64,000 nt of DNA. Origin: a virus. Lineage: Duplodnaviria > Heunggongvirae > Uroviricota > Caudoviricetes. The DNA is taken from IMG/VR virus record IMGVR_UViG_3300027710_001241, positions 16,620-80,619 of that record. One strand, written 5' to 3'. Below, piece after piece: positions 34,879 to 44,706 of the stretch; positions within the stretch are counted from its first letter, which is position 1; every line of letters starts with the position of its first letter. The position numbers and the translations under genes are program-made. The notes under the pieces were generated by a model. The model saw nothing but the letters and a program-made list of their open reading frames with translations, made no database searches and had not been told where the DNA came from.

Positions 34879-36972
34879 TCAATTGCCCTGGGTAACGCTA
34901 ACTGAGCAACCTGATAATGTAGCACATTGCTGTGTAATGTTGATGTTTTGTGCTGTAGCACCTTGTTGAACTAGTGTAACATTACTGGCTCCGCCTGCGT
35001 TAGTTAGGTTAATAGTAGCTTTATGACTACCAGCATCCTTTTGGTTAGCAGTAACATTGTGTCCGTTACCTGTTAGACTAAGATCTAGGTAACTACCACT
35101 TCCGTGTTGTGTAATATCAAATATGTTAGTATTACCATTTAAGATACCAAAGAATGTTTTCTCACCATTACCTGTTTGCGTTAGCGTTCCATTATTGCCG
35201 TTACCGGTAATGTCAACATAGGCAAAATGTCCGCTGGTACCACCGCCATCATTGCTTTGTTTTAAACTTAATGTGTTTGTGCTTCCATTAATGTTTAGGC
35301 CCATATAGTGCCCGCCACTCTCGCTAGCATCCTGTAGTCCTGTTGTGTGATTACGTGCTTGCCATATAGATACATTGTTAGTGTTACCTGTGATGCTAAA
35401 CTCAATTAAGTTTTTGCCCAATGTATCACCTTGTTTAATATTAATTGTATTGTTGTCACCATCTATGATAGAATAGGTACCGCCTCCTATTCCCGCTACC
35501 TTGTTATAGTTGCCAGTTTGTTCAACAGTAACTGAGTTACCACTGCTACCAATCTTTTGATCAAGGTAAAAATAATTACCTAGAACAATATTGGCTACAC
35601 GAGTTTTAGCTGCGTTCTTCTGTGCAGTCTGACTTAAACTAATATCACTGGTGGCTGGCCAGCTAGGAGCACAGTCGGCACATACGCTGCCTGGTTGTCC
35701 AGGGTTACTAGGTGTACCACCTGTGCCTGTGTCGGTACTGGTAATGCCATCATCTAAGTCGTAGTAATATGTTACTTCGGAGACCTGTACGCTATTGCCA
35801 CTGTTGTTCTTAATACTTGGGAATTTTATAAAGTAATAGATATAAGCATTAGTGTTGGCCACTGTGATTTCACCGCTAACTGTAAATCTATTATCAGACA
35901 GACTTAATGGTCCTTCTGATAGTAACACCCAATTAACGCCATCGTTTGATCCGTATAGTTTATAACTGGCAGGATCGCGCTCAACTGCGTCATTGGCTGT
36001 GGTAATTGTAAATTTCTTAACCACACGTCCTTGGTTTAGTTTAACAGTAACACCTGCGTTCTGTTTATCAAAGTTTAGATATTTGGTGTTAGGATTACCG
36101 TCGAAGGCATTGACAGCAGTTTCGTTGCTAGGGCTGTTATTACTAGTAGGGTAGATGTTGTTGATTACTACAGGACTGCTAGTTGTTTTAATTGTCTGCC
36201 AGTTCGGTGCCGCAGGCGTAGGTGTAGTTGCTGAAGGAGCAGTTGATCCAGGGTTAGGAGCAATTGGAGCAAATGCTGTACCGTTTAATAATGTTGTACC
36301 CTGAATCTCATCAACAAATAGTATAGGACTCAGTGCTGTGTCACCTAAATTGAATGTAGCAAATCCCAATTCATAATTACCTGTTACCGGAACAGTGAAT
36401 ACAACCTTTTGCCATCCGGTACTTCCATAACTGTCAGTAGCATAGTTACCTGTACCTGGGTTGGTAAATCCTAGTAGACCGTAACGCTGTTGACTGTTAT
36501 TCAGCGTAGGTGTAATACTTGCATCAGTAGAATGAACTAGCGTGACCATAGATCCGTCATTGAACGGGGTATAGTCTGTGCTTACATAGTTCCAGGCAAA
36601 AGAATATGTAACTCCTGCTGTTAAGGTCATTGACCTTTTCATCCAACTTGCGTCAGTCGGTGTTGGATTTCCGCCCCCTGCATTTGCAGTCATAAACTGT
36701 CTAATGGCATTATTTTCTGCTGTGGTTAGGCCTAGACTTGTTGTGGCAGCGTTGAATTGAACAACACTTGTCGGATACAATTTACCCATCCATGAACCAT
36801 AGGGATTGATAGTCCAACATTTACTGTTACCTGTACAAAGGTTTACCACTGATTGACTGGCAGTAGCATCGCCGCCGGATGTTGTCCATCCATTTAAATT
36901 ACCTGTTTCAAATCCTGCCTGACCAAAGGCATTAGAGCATAACAACAATAAGGCTAAGAATATCTTTTTCAT
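34879..36972 (-). CDS. secreted multidomain protein: central F5/8 type C (discoidin) domain plus C-terminal curlin-like repeats
   Basis: signal peptide MKKIFLALLLLCSNAFG; FDGNPNTKY...YGSNDGVNW; C-terminal G-N-x-N-x5-Q-x-G repeats. Confidence 0.5.
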   Translation of the reverse strand: MKKIFLALLLLCSNAFGQAGFETGNLNGWTTSGGDATASQSVVNLCTGNSKCWTINPYGSWMGKLYPTSVVQFNAATTSLGLTTAENNAIRQFMTANAGGGNPTPTDASWMKRSMTLTAGVTYSFAWNYVSTDYTPFNDGSMVTLVHSTDASITPTLNNSQQRYGLLGFTNPGTGNYATDSYGSTGWQKVVFTVPVTGNYELGFATFNLGDTALSPILFVDEIQGTTLLNGTAFAPIAPNPGSTAPSATTPTPAAPNWQTIKTTSSPVVINNIYPTSNNSPSNETAVNAFDGNPNTKYLNFDKQNAGVTVKLNQGRVVKKFTITTANDAVERDPASYKLYGSNDGVNWVLLSEGPLSLSDNRFTVSGEITVANTNAYIYYFIKFPSIKNNSGNSVQVSEVTYYYDLDDGITSTDTGTGGTPSNPGQPGSVCADCAPSWPATSDISLSQTAQKNAAKTRVANIVLGNYFYLDQKIGSSGNSVTVEQTGNYNKVAGIGGGTYSIIDGDNNTINIKQGDTLGKNLIEFSITGNTNNVSIWQARNHTTGLQDASESGGHYMGLNINGSTNTLSLKQSNDGGGTSGHFAYVDITGNGNNGTLTQTGNGEKTFFGILNGNTNIFDITQHGSGSYLDLSLTGNGHNVTANQKDAGSHKATINLTNAGGASNVTLVQQGATAQNINITQQCATLSGCSVSVTQGN

Positions 36973-38150
36973 CTAAAGTTCTGATTGATAACAATCTGTC
37001 CTTGTGGCTTACCTGGAGCAAAATTCCACTGGTTGGTCTGCATGTCTTGTGTTACAGTAACTTGAACCTGCGTATTCATTGGCATGACAACATTGGCATA
37101 GTTACGACTATTGGGACTCAAACTTTCGTACAACCAGCCAACTTGTTGTGTTTCACTTTTATCTTTAAATAATTTTTTAACATAGGGATTGTCTGTATCG
37201 CCTACTGCGGCTACTTCATTAGATAGAGAATCTTTATTAGAGGCAGTATCAACTCCTACCTTTGTAGCAGTTTCTAAATTTTCATCACCTTCATTGGCGC
37301 TACGACCTTGCTTGTAAGATTTGCTGCCGGTGCCGCCTTCTTGTTTACCTGCCACATGTTGCTTCTCTTGATCTTTAGAGTCATCCTTGTCGTCTTTTTC
37401 GTCTTTCTTGTCTTTGTTGTCACCCTTTTTAGCATCGCCTGTTTTTTCAGCGGCAGCACGAGCAGCCTGGATGACATTCATACCTGTGGTTGTTTTAGGA
37501 GGATTAACCATTAAGTTGTTGCCAATGGCCATGCCATTCAGGGCCACAATAACCGCAGGACTAGGCATGCCATTTAGTGTTTCAACAAGGGTGGCTTGAT
37601 AAGGACGATTTAGTTTAACTATGCCTGCCGGAGTTTCCACATCAATAGCTCCGCTGCCACAGCTAAGACCTTTTAAGTTTACGTTCTGTTCTATTTCACA
37701 AGTTGGCATCAACATAATCATACTGGCACCTGTTTCGCTGACAGCCATAACAAAGTCTGTTCCGCGAACGGCAATGGCCGCTGTGGGTGTGTTGATTTTT
37801 ACGTTTTTAGGATCTTTAGCTATGCTACCTGATACATAACGCACAGTACCTGCGGCTGCTTTAAGTCCTAGCTTACCTGCACCGCTCTTAGGATCATATA
37901 CGAAGTCATCAATAACAAGGCTACTCGACTCAGTAACAGTAACGTTTGTATCGTCTTTAAAAACAATCTTAACCTTACCATTCTTAGTCTCTACCTTGTC
38001 ATTGGTTTTGATTTCTGTGCCTTTAACAATTTGAATTGTATCTTTACCACGCTTAATGATGGCGGTACCCGATGCCTCAGTGACAGAACCAATGTCCGCC
38101 CAGGCAGCGCCAGCCATCATTAAGCTAATGATAAAGAGGGCAATTTTCAT
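36969..38150 (-). CDS. secreted FecR-domain protein with KD-rich low-complexity linker
   Basis: signal peptide; FecR-like region ending RGTDF; DKKDEKDDKDDSKD tract. Confidence 0.45.
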   Translation of the reverse strand: MKIALFIISLMMAGAAWADIGSVTEASGTAIIKRGKDTIQIVKGTEIKTNDKVETKNGKVKIVFKDDTNVTVTESSSLVIDDFVYDPKSGAGKLGLKAAAGTVRYVSGSIAKDPKNVKINTPTAAIAVRGTDFVMAVSETGASMIMLMPTCEIEQNVNLKGLSCGSGAIDVETPAGIVKLNRPYQATLVETLNGMPSPAVIVALNGMAIGNNLMVNPPKTTTGMNVIQAARAAAEKTGDAKKGDNKDKKDEKDDKDDSKDQEKQHVAGKQEGGTGSKSYKQGRSANEGDENLETATKVGVDTASNKDSLSNEVAAVGDTDNPYVKKLFKDKSETQQVGWLYESLSPNSRNYANVVMPMNTQVQVTVTQDMQTNQWNFAPGKPQGQIVINQNFR

Positions 38151-38159
38151 TGCCAGTCC

Positions 38160-38948
38160 TTAGTTCTTCTGGGTAATGTTGAACATGCCGTTGTTAGACA
38201 CACTCTTAATATTGATAACACTATCAATAGTACCAGTTTGACTCAACGTAAATGTGTTACTGTTACCTGCTAGATCAACCCAAATACTAGATCCAGCTGC
38301 ACCAGTTGAACGTTGGTTAATATCAAAAGTGTTAGTGTCGCCGACTACTTTGATAGTTTGGCTGTGTTTGTCACCAATCGCATCAATTCGGAAAATGTTG
38401 CTGTTACCAGTTACATCAACAGCACTCTTTAGATCGGCGCCTGTACCACGGAATTGGAAGTCGTTGCTGTCGCCAGTGAACTTCCAGTTTAGGTCAGCGG
38501 CATTACAACCTGTTAATGCTGTACCACCTGTTGAAGCTGTGCCATAACCGCAGGCTGCGTCAACTCGGTTACTATCGCCAATTTGTTGTATTGTAATGTT
38601 AACACCTTTGCCTGAGCCAGTAGTATCGTTAACAGCTTCTAAACTGATATCGTTGTTAACGCCAACTTGTTTTGTAACAATAATTTGATCAATACCACGT
38701 AGATATATAGGTCTGCCACCGGATCCGGCTTTGTTACCTGTACCATCTTGTGTCATATTGACATTTGGATTGTCACCGCTTTGGTCGATAAAGATACGGT
38801 TAGTTGTAGCAATGGCCAATGCGGCTGTTGCGTTAGGGCTAACTGTAGCCATTGTAGGTATTGTTGGGGCTGTTGGAGCCGTTACAGCAGTCTGGGCCAT
38901 GGCCGGGAACGCTGTTAATATTGCTAATGCTAATAATATTTGTTTCAT
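38160..38948 (-). CDS. secreted curlin-repeat (CsgA-like) protein
   Basis: signal peptide MKQILLALAILTAFPAMA; at least 7 repeats matching G-(N/D)-(S/T)-N-x-F-x-(I/L)-x-Q-x-G. Confidence 0.5.
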   Translation of the reverse strand: MKQILLALAILTAFPAMAQTAVTAPTAPTIPTMATVSPNATAALAIATTNRIFIDQSGDNPNVNMTQDGTGNKAGSGGRPIYLRGIDQIIVTKQVGVNNDISLEAVNDTTGSGKGVNITIQQIGDSNRVDAACGYGTASTGGTALTGCNAADLNWKFTGDSNDFQFRGTGADLKSAVDVTGNSNIFRIDAIGDKHSQTIKVVGDTNTFDINQRSTGAAGSSIWVDLAGNSNTFTLSQTGTIDSVINIKSVSNNGMFNITQKN

Positions 38949-39084
38949 ATTGTTTCCTTTGGACTTAAATGGTGTCCTTCCCGTTAATATTTAAATGTAT
39001 TATCCTACAAGTTAAACACCGATGTTAATTTTTTTACACTGTAAATTTTTTTACTGTAAAAATTTTAACACCTATCCTTTTTTC

Positions 39085-40023
39085 TTATCTCCAGAATGGG
39101 AGTCCTGTTTGGACACCCTTTTCTTCGCTTCCTTCATCACGCTTTCTGATATTGGACTGCTGTGGTGCGGATGAAGTTTTGGCGGTTCCTTCACGTGGGG
39201 TTTCCTTTTGAACCAACTCATTGGGTTTCTCCTTGAATTGCCACAAGCCGTTACGCTCACCTTTCTTAATCAATTCAATGACCGCTGTTTCAATTGCTGA
39301 ACGTAGGGCGTAGTTACCTGGCTCGTTAAATGTTTGGCTTGAGTCGAACTCAAAAGCCTGTGTTGCCTGGTTGAAAAACTTCAACGCAGTAGCGCCATCG
39401 GCAGTACTGAGCAAGTTCTTTTCCACTGTTACAGTAGTTAAAACTTCGCCAGTTTGCACACTCACTAAACGTAAGCTGATAACAACTACGTCTTGAGTGT
39501 AAGCTGTTTGTGTGCCAATACCCAACCAACGTGCTCCTGTGCCGCCCGTTAGTGTATTGCTGTTATAGTCGATAATGCCACCTTCTAAGATAACACCTGC
39601 CATCTGTAGTGGAGGTAGCATCTTAGCATTTGCGCCTTCATAGATCTCACGTGTCTGCTTGATCATCTGACGCTCTTTCAATAAGTTGTCTAGGCCAACA
39701 CGTTCAACAACTGTGAACCATTGACGATTGCCAACTTCTTGTAGGCTCTTCATTAAGTATGCTTCGGCACCCTGTGTAACTGCTGTGCTGAATAAACTCA
39801 ATGTATTGCTAGGTTTACGTTGTCCTGTTAGGTCTTTAAAACCATATACTGCCACTGTTACTGCCGGACCTGCTGGCGCAGGAACAACTGCAAAACTCTT
39901 GTTGATTGTTTCGCTTACTCGAGCTTCTTCTTTGATCTGTGTACTGCCAAATGGACGAATAGTCGAACATCCAGTTAGGGCTACTACGGCTAGCGTGATT
40001 AAGGATAATTTAATTGCTTTCAT
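39085..40023 (-). CDS. csgG: curli production assembly/transport lipoprotein CsgG
   Basis: lipobox LTGC; FSTAV, GLDNLLKER, GGTGARWLGIG, SAIETAVIELI as in E. coli CsgG. Confidence 0.85.
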   Translation of the reverse strand: MKAIKLSLITLAVVALTGCSTIRPFGSTQIKEEARVSETINKSFAVVPAPAGPAVTVAVYGFKDLTGQRKPSNTLSLFSTAVTQGAEAYLMKSLQEVGNRQWFTVVERVGLDNLLKERQMIKQTREIYEGANAKMLPPLQMAGVILEGGIIDYNSNTLTGGTGARWLGIGTQTAYTQDVVVISLRLVSVQTGEVLTTVTVEKNLLSTADGATALKFFNQATQAFEFDSSQTFNEPGNYALRSAIETAVIELIKKGERNGLWQFKEKPNELVQKETPREGTAKTSSAPQQSNIRKRDEGSEEKGVQTGLPFWR

Positions 40024-40033
40024 TCTTTACTCC

Positions 40034-40540
40034 TTAAAAACTAAAACTAGCAATTGGAACTATAACAGTGGTTACATTACCCTTGGCATCTACTACTGTT
40101 AATGTAACTTTGTCATTGGCCTTGGACCATGTAACTGTATTGCCGTCTAGCAAGAAGTTACCTGTTGTTGGATTCACGCAACCTGGGATCGCTGTACCAT
40201 CTGCGGCAGCGCATTTGTTGGTGAATAAATTATTGCTTAACTGTGTAGCAAGTTGAGCGTAAACCTGACTTTGGAACAGACTCATAAATCTATTCAAAGG
40301 AGTGTTTAGTAATTCTGCTTCTGCTTTGGCAATTGCTGCTTTTTTGTCTGCTTCAATTGCATCACGTCTTGACTTTTCAATACTGTCAATTGTTAAAACG
40401 TGACTACTAAATCCAATGCCGCTGAAGGCTGGATTCTTAAACTGTTGTACTAATTCTGCGCTAACTGTAGAGACTGCTAGTGTTAGCACTACTCCTATAA
40501 TCGCACTGGTCTTTTTCATAGACTGCTCCCATGTTATCAA
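40034..40540 (-). CDS. csgF: curli assembly protein CsgF-like
   Basis: signal peptide then QQFKNPAFSGIG (cf. CsgF FQFRNPNFGG) and LFQSQVYAQLATQLSNN; GGGAG SD. Confidence 0.6.
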   Translation of the reverse strand: MITWEQSMKKTSAIIGVVLTLAVSTVSAELVQQFKNPAFSGIGFSSHVLTIDSIEKSRRDAIEADKKAAIAKAEAELLNTPLNRFMSLFQSQVYAQLATQLSNNLFTNKCAAADGTAIPGCVNPTTGNFLLDGNTVTWSKANDKVTLTVVDAKGNVTTVIVPIASFSF

Positions 40541-40592
40541 TATTTACTGGTAACATATAGCGAGTTATCTATGCTGATAACTTTAATCTAGA

Positions 40593-40964
40593 TTAAGGAA
40601 TGAGCAGATACCATACCATCCATATGTAGGTGGCTTGGTGAGCGAATTGGTCTAGGCCAAATTGTGTCCAGAAGATGGGTTTAGTTTGATCTTTGCTACC
40701 GTATTTTACTTTGGTATAGTCTACTAGATAATGTATAATACCTTCGATAACAGACACAGCTATTATACCAATGGCACTTATTGGAACGTAGAGGGAAAAA
40801 ATAAAGATCGCTATCAGCGAACAGTAGACATGATCTAATGTATGGCTGATGCCAATAGGATCCATCCACACGCCCTTTTTGACTGTTTGCATGTAGGTCT
40901 GCAAATAGAAGTCGGCGTAGCAGTGCTTGATCTGCAGGAGCAATAGTAATATTAGAATTTCCAT
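40593..40964 (-). CDS. hypothetical integral membrane protein
   Basis: 123 aa, 3-4 predicted TM segments. Confidence 0.35.
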   Translation of the reverse strand: MEILILLLLLQIKHCYADFYLQTYMQTVKKGVWMDPIGISHTLDHVYCSLIAIFIFSLYVPISAIGIIAVSVIEGIIHYLVDYTKVKYGSKDQTKPIFWTQFGLDQFAHQATYIWMVWYLLIP

Positions 40965-41029
40965 GTCTTCTCTATATAAGAGTATTTAACTCTGTAGACT
41001 TATTTAAGTCTACAAAAAGATCATGGAGA

Positions 41030-42619
41030 TTATTGTGGCGGAACTTCTGCAGGCTCTTTGCCAATCATTTGTTGGCTAGCACCCAGCGGTTTTTGCATAT
41101 TTTGGATGCTTTTTGGAGTTGTAGATATTGGAGTTTTTGGAGCAGTCATTCCAGGTGTTGTAACCTGTGGTTCTGTATCTGTAGTAGGCTTTTCCGGCAC
41201 AGCGGCTGCTGGCGGCGCGGCCTTAGCATCTCTGATTAAATCTAGCAAATAATCTAATTCAAACGTATGTGTCATTCTACCAGATTTAAGAATAGCCAAT
41301 CTAACGTGCATAATAGGTTTACCACTGTTTCTATCCATGATGTAAATGTAAGGAGTTGCTTTTGATGCTAGGTCTACTTCAACATCTAAATTGATATTCT
41401 TAGCAAGTGTGGTAATTAATTGTGGATTTAATTTATTGTATGTACCTTTGGTGTCAAAGTTTACATATACTAGTTTATCATTTCCTTGAATAGAACTTCT
41501 TAATTTACCTAAAAACTCGTGTACATACTCGGCTTCGCCCTGGTCATTTAATTGGCCAATTCGCTGTTTTAACTGCATTCCGGCTATTTCATAAATTTGT
41601 TTAGCTGCCTCTACACGGGCCTTGGCCTCTTGGGGAGTATCTTCTTTACGATCTACTTTACTTTTAAATCCTGTGTTGTACATTGCATCGGCGGCATCTA
41701 GCGGATTAAGTCCAAGAATTTCGTAGAATTTTTCCATGCCTTCTGTGTTCATACCACTGGCTTGGTCGTACATAGAACTACCTGCCTTGATACTCATGCT
41801 CAAGTGGCTTAAAGGACGTTCCGTCCCATCTGGTTGTGTATAAGTGGTTGCAATATCAGCCTTTGCTCCACTAATCCCCACAACCCCGATATTCACAGGA
41901 TCGCGCTTGTTATTAGAAGAAAAGAATCTATTGTACTTTGCAATATCACTCTCGGTATTAACGTAGTTAATGATACCTTGTAAGGTTCCCCATGCTTGTT
42001 TATCAGTTGGGCTAACGTCTACTGCACGTTGGAATGGTGGAGAGCTTAATCGAATATCTAGTGAGATAGTATCTTGTACCTGTTTCGATGTATCATAGAC
42101 ACGTCTGCTGTACAAACTAGATGTAGTAGCAACGTTCTTGCCTTTTTCTTTAACCATTTGAGCACGTTCTTTCATGATGGCAGCAACTTTTAGAACATCA
42201 TCTACTCCAATTGCAGATTTACCTCTTGTAATTAACTTGGCAAAAATAGCCATAGATTTGAGAGCTTCTACAGTAGGTCCAATATTTGCTTTACCTACTG
42301 TTTCTCCTGCTGCCCCAACACCTGCTTTGCCGCCAAAGTCTGAGGTTTTCATTAGCTGAGATAATGGAACCCCTCCGATTTTGTTAAGCATTCTAGAATT
42401 GCTAATAATAGTACCTTGAGCATCGTAGTTAGTTTTTAGCAAGTTGATAAGATATTTGATTTCGTCCGGTGATGCTTTAACTGGTATAGAATCTCCATCA
42501 ACTGTAAGAAACTTTTCACCCGGCTTTTTAAGACGGTTAATTAAATTCTGTAGGCGATCTCTGACATAAAATGTCTTAGGTGCCAGTGCGGCTTCTGGTA
42601 AAAATTCACGTGATCTCAT
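41030..42619 (-). CDS. hypothetical protein (529 aa)
   Basis: long ORF, Pro/Thr-rich C-terminus. Confidence 0.4.
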   Translation of the reverse strand: MRSREFLPEAALAPKTFYVRDRLQNLINRLKKPGEKFLTVDGDSIPVKASPDEIKYLINLLKTNYDAQGTIISNSRMLNKIGGVPLSQLMKTSDFGGKAGVGAAGETVGKANIGPTVEALKSMAIFAKLITRGKSAIGVDDVLKVAAIMKERAQMVKEKGKNVATTSSLYSRRVYDTSKQVQDTISLDIRLSSPPFQRAVDVSPTDKQAWGTLQGIINYVNTESDIAKYNRFFSSNNKRDPVNIGVVGISGAKADIATTYTQPDGTERPLSHLSMSIKAGSSMYDQASGMNTEGMEKFYEILGLNPLDAADAMYNTGFKSKVDRKEDTPQEAKARVEAAKQIYEIAGMQLKQRIGQLNDQGEAEYVHEFLGKLRSSIQGNDKLVYVNFDTKGTYNKLNPQLITTLAKNINLDVEVDLASKATPYIYIMDRNSGKPIMHVRLAILKSGRMTHTFELDYLLDLIRDAKAAPPAAAVPEKPTTDTEPQVTTPGMTAPKTPISTTPKSIQNMQKPLGASQQMIGKEPAEVPPQ

Positions 42620-42629
42620 AGTTCAGTAT

Positions 42630-43301
42630 TTAGTGAAATTCAGGAAATAGAATTTCTTGTACAAACTGCTTCATTTTAGGTTCAGGAACGCCCATGCTGA
42701 TCATACTCTTGATTACATGTGGATTCTGCTTTTGATAGTGGCAATAACGATTTTGAGCCATATGATAGTCGGCTCCGCTTTGCTGATCTATGCCTATATT
42801 GTTTAAATAGAAATCTAAGGTAGTTAATGCTGTAGAGCATAGCTGGTCAATTTCAGCTTCATCTTGTAGATTACCTGCGGCAACCATAGCAGGACTAAAG
42901 ATCTGCTGAGCCCACTCGGGTAATTGTCTAGGTTTATTCCACTCTAATCCGTTGACCTTGGCTTTAAACCACAAGTACATAAAACTACGAGGATCGCCTG
43001 CTTCACTGAAATCATGGAAGGCGCCGGTTATTTTGTTAGGACCGCATACAGCATCAAAACCATAGATAGGACTAGGGTCGTTGAAGTGTGGAAATACTGT
43101 AACGTGTAAAATATAGATATTATAAGTTTCTCTAAAATCTACTATTTCAACGTGAGCTCTACGATACCTATTGCTAGTCCAAAGGGTATTATGCCAGCCG
43201 TATTGATCTTCTGACGATCCGTTGATTACTTCGCCGGTGGCATTGAATTTTTCTGTGATGTCTGCGGCTAGCTTGCTGACTTTATCCCAAACTACTGTCA
43301 T
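42630..43301 (-). CDS. ferredoxin-dependent bilin reductase-like (PebS/PcyA family?)
   Basis: 223 aa; 3' overlaps heme oxygenase gene as in ho1-bilin reductase cassettes; homology by memory only. Confidence 0.4.
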   Translation of the reverse strand: MTVVWDKVSKLAADITEKFNATGEVINGSSEDQYGWHNTLWTSNRYRRAHVEIVDFRETYNIYILHVTVFPHFNDPSPIYGFDAVCGPNKITGAFHDFSEAGDPRSFMYLWFKAKVNGLEWNKPRQLPEWAQQIFSPAMVAAGNLQDEAEIDQLCSTALTTLDFYLNNIGIDQQSGADYHMAQNRYCHYQKQNPHVIKSMISMGVPEPKMKQFVQEILFPEFH

Positions 43302-43818
43302 AGTCCCTCATCATGCGTATGGCCCAGTCAAAGGCTACATTGGCTTCATCGCCCATACTGTCGTCTAACTTAGCACGAATGTTGGTCATTAGTGTGCGTG
43401 GGTCTGTAAACTCTAAGTTACGATGTGCGCCCGGGACAATCTTCTTAATCATCTGTCCGCCAAACATGTCGCCCATGTGCCAAGTGTAAAGGTGTGCCAT
43501 TACTTTGTTAGGATCATTGGCAATAGAAATTAGATAACGATAGTAGTCAATAACAACCGGACGGAAATCATGTTTTTTACGTTCAGTATTCATTTCATTA
43601 TAATCCATGAACAGATAAAATGCTCTACGTAAATCAGGTAAATCGCCTAGTAAACGATTAGCACCTGCGGCGCCTTCAATGGCTCCGTAGAACAACCACT
43701 TTTGATATGTCCAATCTACCCACAAATCAAAAGGCAGAGTTTTTGCAAACACTGCCTTCATGAACGGAGTAGATTCAGCCTCTGCATGTTTAGCACTGGT
43801 TAAATCTTTTAAACTCAT
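43282..43818 (-). CDS. ho1: heme oxygenase
   Basis: TSAKHAEAE proximal His region; HLYTWHMGDMFGGQMIKKI matches HO-1 HAYTRYLGDLSGGQVLKKI. Confidence 0.85.
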   Translation of the reverse strand: MSLKDLTSAKHAEAESTPFMKAVFAKTLPFDLWVDWTYQKWLFYGAIEGAAGANRLLGDLPDLRRAFYLFMDYNEMNTERKKHDFRPVVIDYYRYLISIANDPNKVMAHLYTWHMGDMFGGQMIKKIVPGAHRNLEFTDPRTLMTNIRAKLDDSMGDEANVAFDWAIRMMRDYDSSLG

Positions 43819-43826
43819 TTAGTTCC

Positions 43827-44132
43827 TCATTCTGGTTCTACTTTAATTATCAGAGGATAACCGTTAGCCCTAGCAAGATTGGTTGCGTCGAGTGCTTTTT
43901 GCTCTGCAACTTCGTAGCTAAAAACACCGGCAACAGCACTACCGCTATTGTGTATCTTTAGTGTTAGCTCTAGAGCGGATTTTTCATTGTGTCGGAATAC
44001 CATGACCAGCATGGATATTACAAATTCAACAGGAGTTACATCGTCATTGCAGACGACTACTTTAAATTTACCTGGCGCTTTAATAGTGTCGGTAACTTTG
44101 GATTTCTTTTCAACGATTGTATCTGTTGCCAT
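43827..44132 (-). CDS. clpS: ATP-dependent Clp protease adaptor ClpS
   Basis: VVVCNDDVTPVEFV ... ClpS core. Confidence 0.8.
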   Translation of the reverse strand: MATDTIVEKKSKVTDTIKAPGKFKVVVCNDDVTPVEFVISMLVMVFRHNEKSALELTLKIHNSGSAVAGVFSYEVAEQKALDATNLARANGYPLIIKVEPE

Positions 44133-44182
44133 GATTGTATTTAATAACGGGTTTAGTAAAGGGGGCCGAAGCCCCTGAAAGA

Positions 44183-44617
44183 TTACTCAGCCTTGATCTT
44201 TAAAACTCTTGGCTTAAGAGCTTCAGGAACAACACGAGTTAGAGCAATAGTAAGAACACCGTTTTTAATGCGGCCTTCTCCTACTTCCATGTGTTCAGCT
44301 AGAGTCCAACTGCGTGTAAAATCACGAGTCGCTAGTCCACGATGTAGATACTGTGTTTCAGCGTCTTCATTGCGACTACGTTTACCTGTGACTACAAGTT
44401 GGTTTTGATCAAGCTCAACTACAACTTCATCTGGAGTAAAACCAGTAACAGCAATTTCCAACTCATAAGAGTTGTCATCGTGTTTTAGAATGTTGTATGG
44501 TGGATATGAGTTATTGATTTGACTTGCAAGACGCTGTTCGAAGTTATCAAACATTGTGTCAAATCCTACTAGAGCTCTGTTTAGAGCATTGGTGTCGAAA
44601 CGTACTAATTGATTCAT
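44183..44617 (-). CDS. Hsp20/alpha-crystallin small heat-shock protein
   Basis: alpha-crystallin domain; AAAGGAG SD. Confidence 0.85.
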   Translation of the reverse strand: MNQLVRFDTNALNRALVGFDTMFDNFEQRLASQINNSYPPYNILKHDDNSYELEIAVTGFTPDEVVVELDQNQLVVTGKRSRNEDAETQYLHRGLATRDFTRSWTLAEHMEVGEGRIKNGVLTIALTRVVPEALKPRVLKIKAE

Positions 44618-44630
44618 AATTTTCTCCTTT

Positions 44631-44662
44631 AATAAGTAAGAATCATTTGGGCTCTATGCCCA
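44631..44662 (-). promoter_or_regulatory. conserved leader motif upstream of hsp20 (shared with dnaK)
   Basis: minus reads GGGCATAGAGCCC AAATGATTCTTACTTATT AAAGGAG; hairpin GGGC/GCCC. Confidence 0.4.
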
Positions 44663-44706
44663 ATTGTAGGACCCATTTAGGTGTCCTACAATTTTATTTA
44701 TAACAA

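Noticed and set aside
44133-44182. GGGGC-cgaa-GCCCC hairpin between hsp20 and clpS
   Set aside because: Not followed by a U-run on either strand; it may be an attenuator or processing site but could not be called a terminator.
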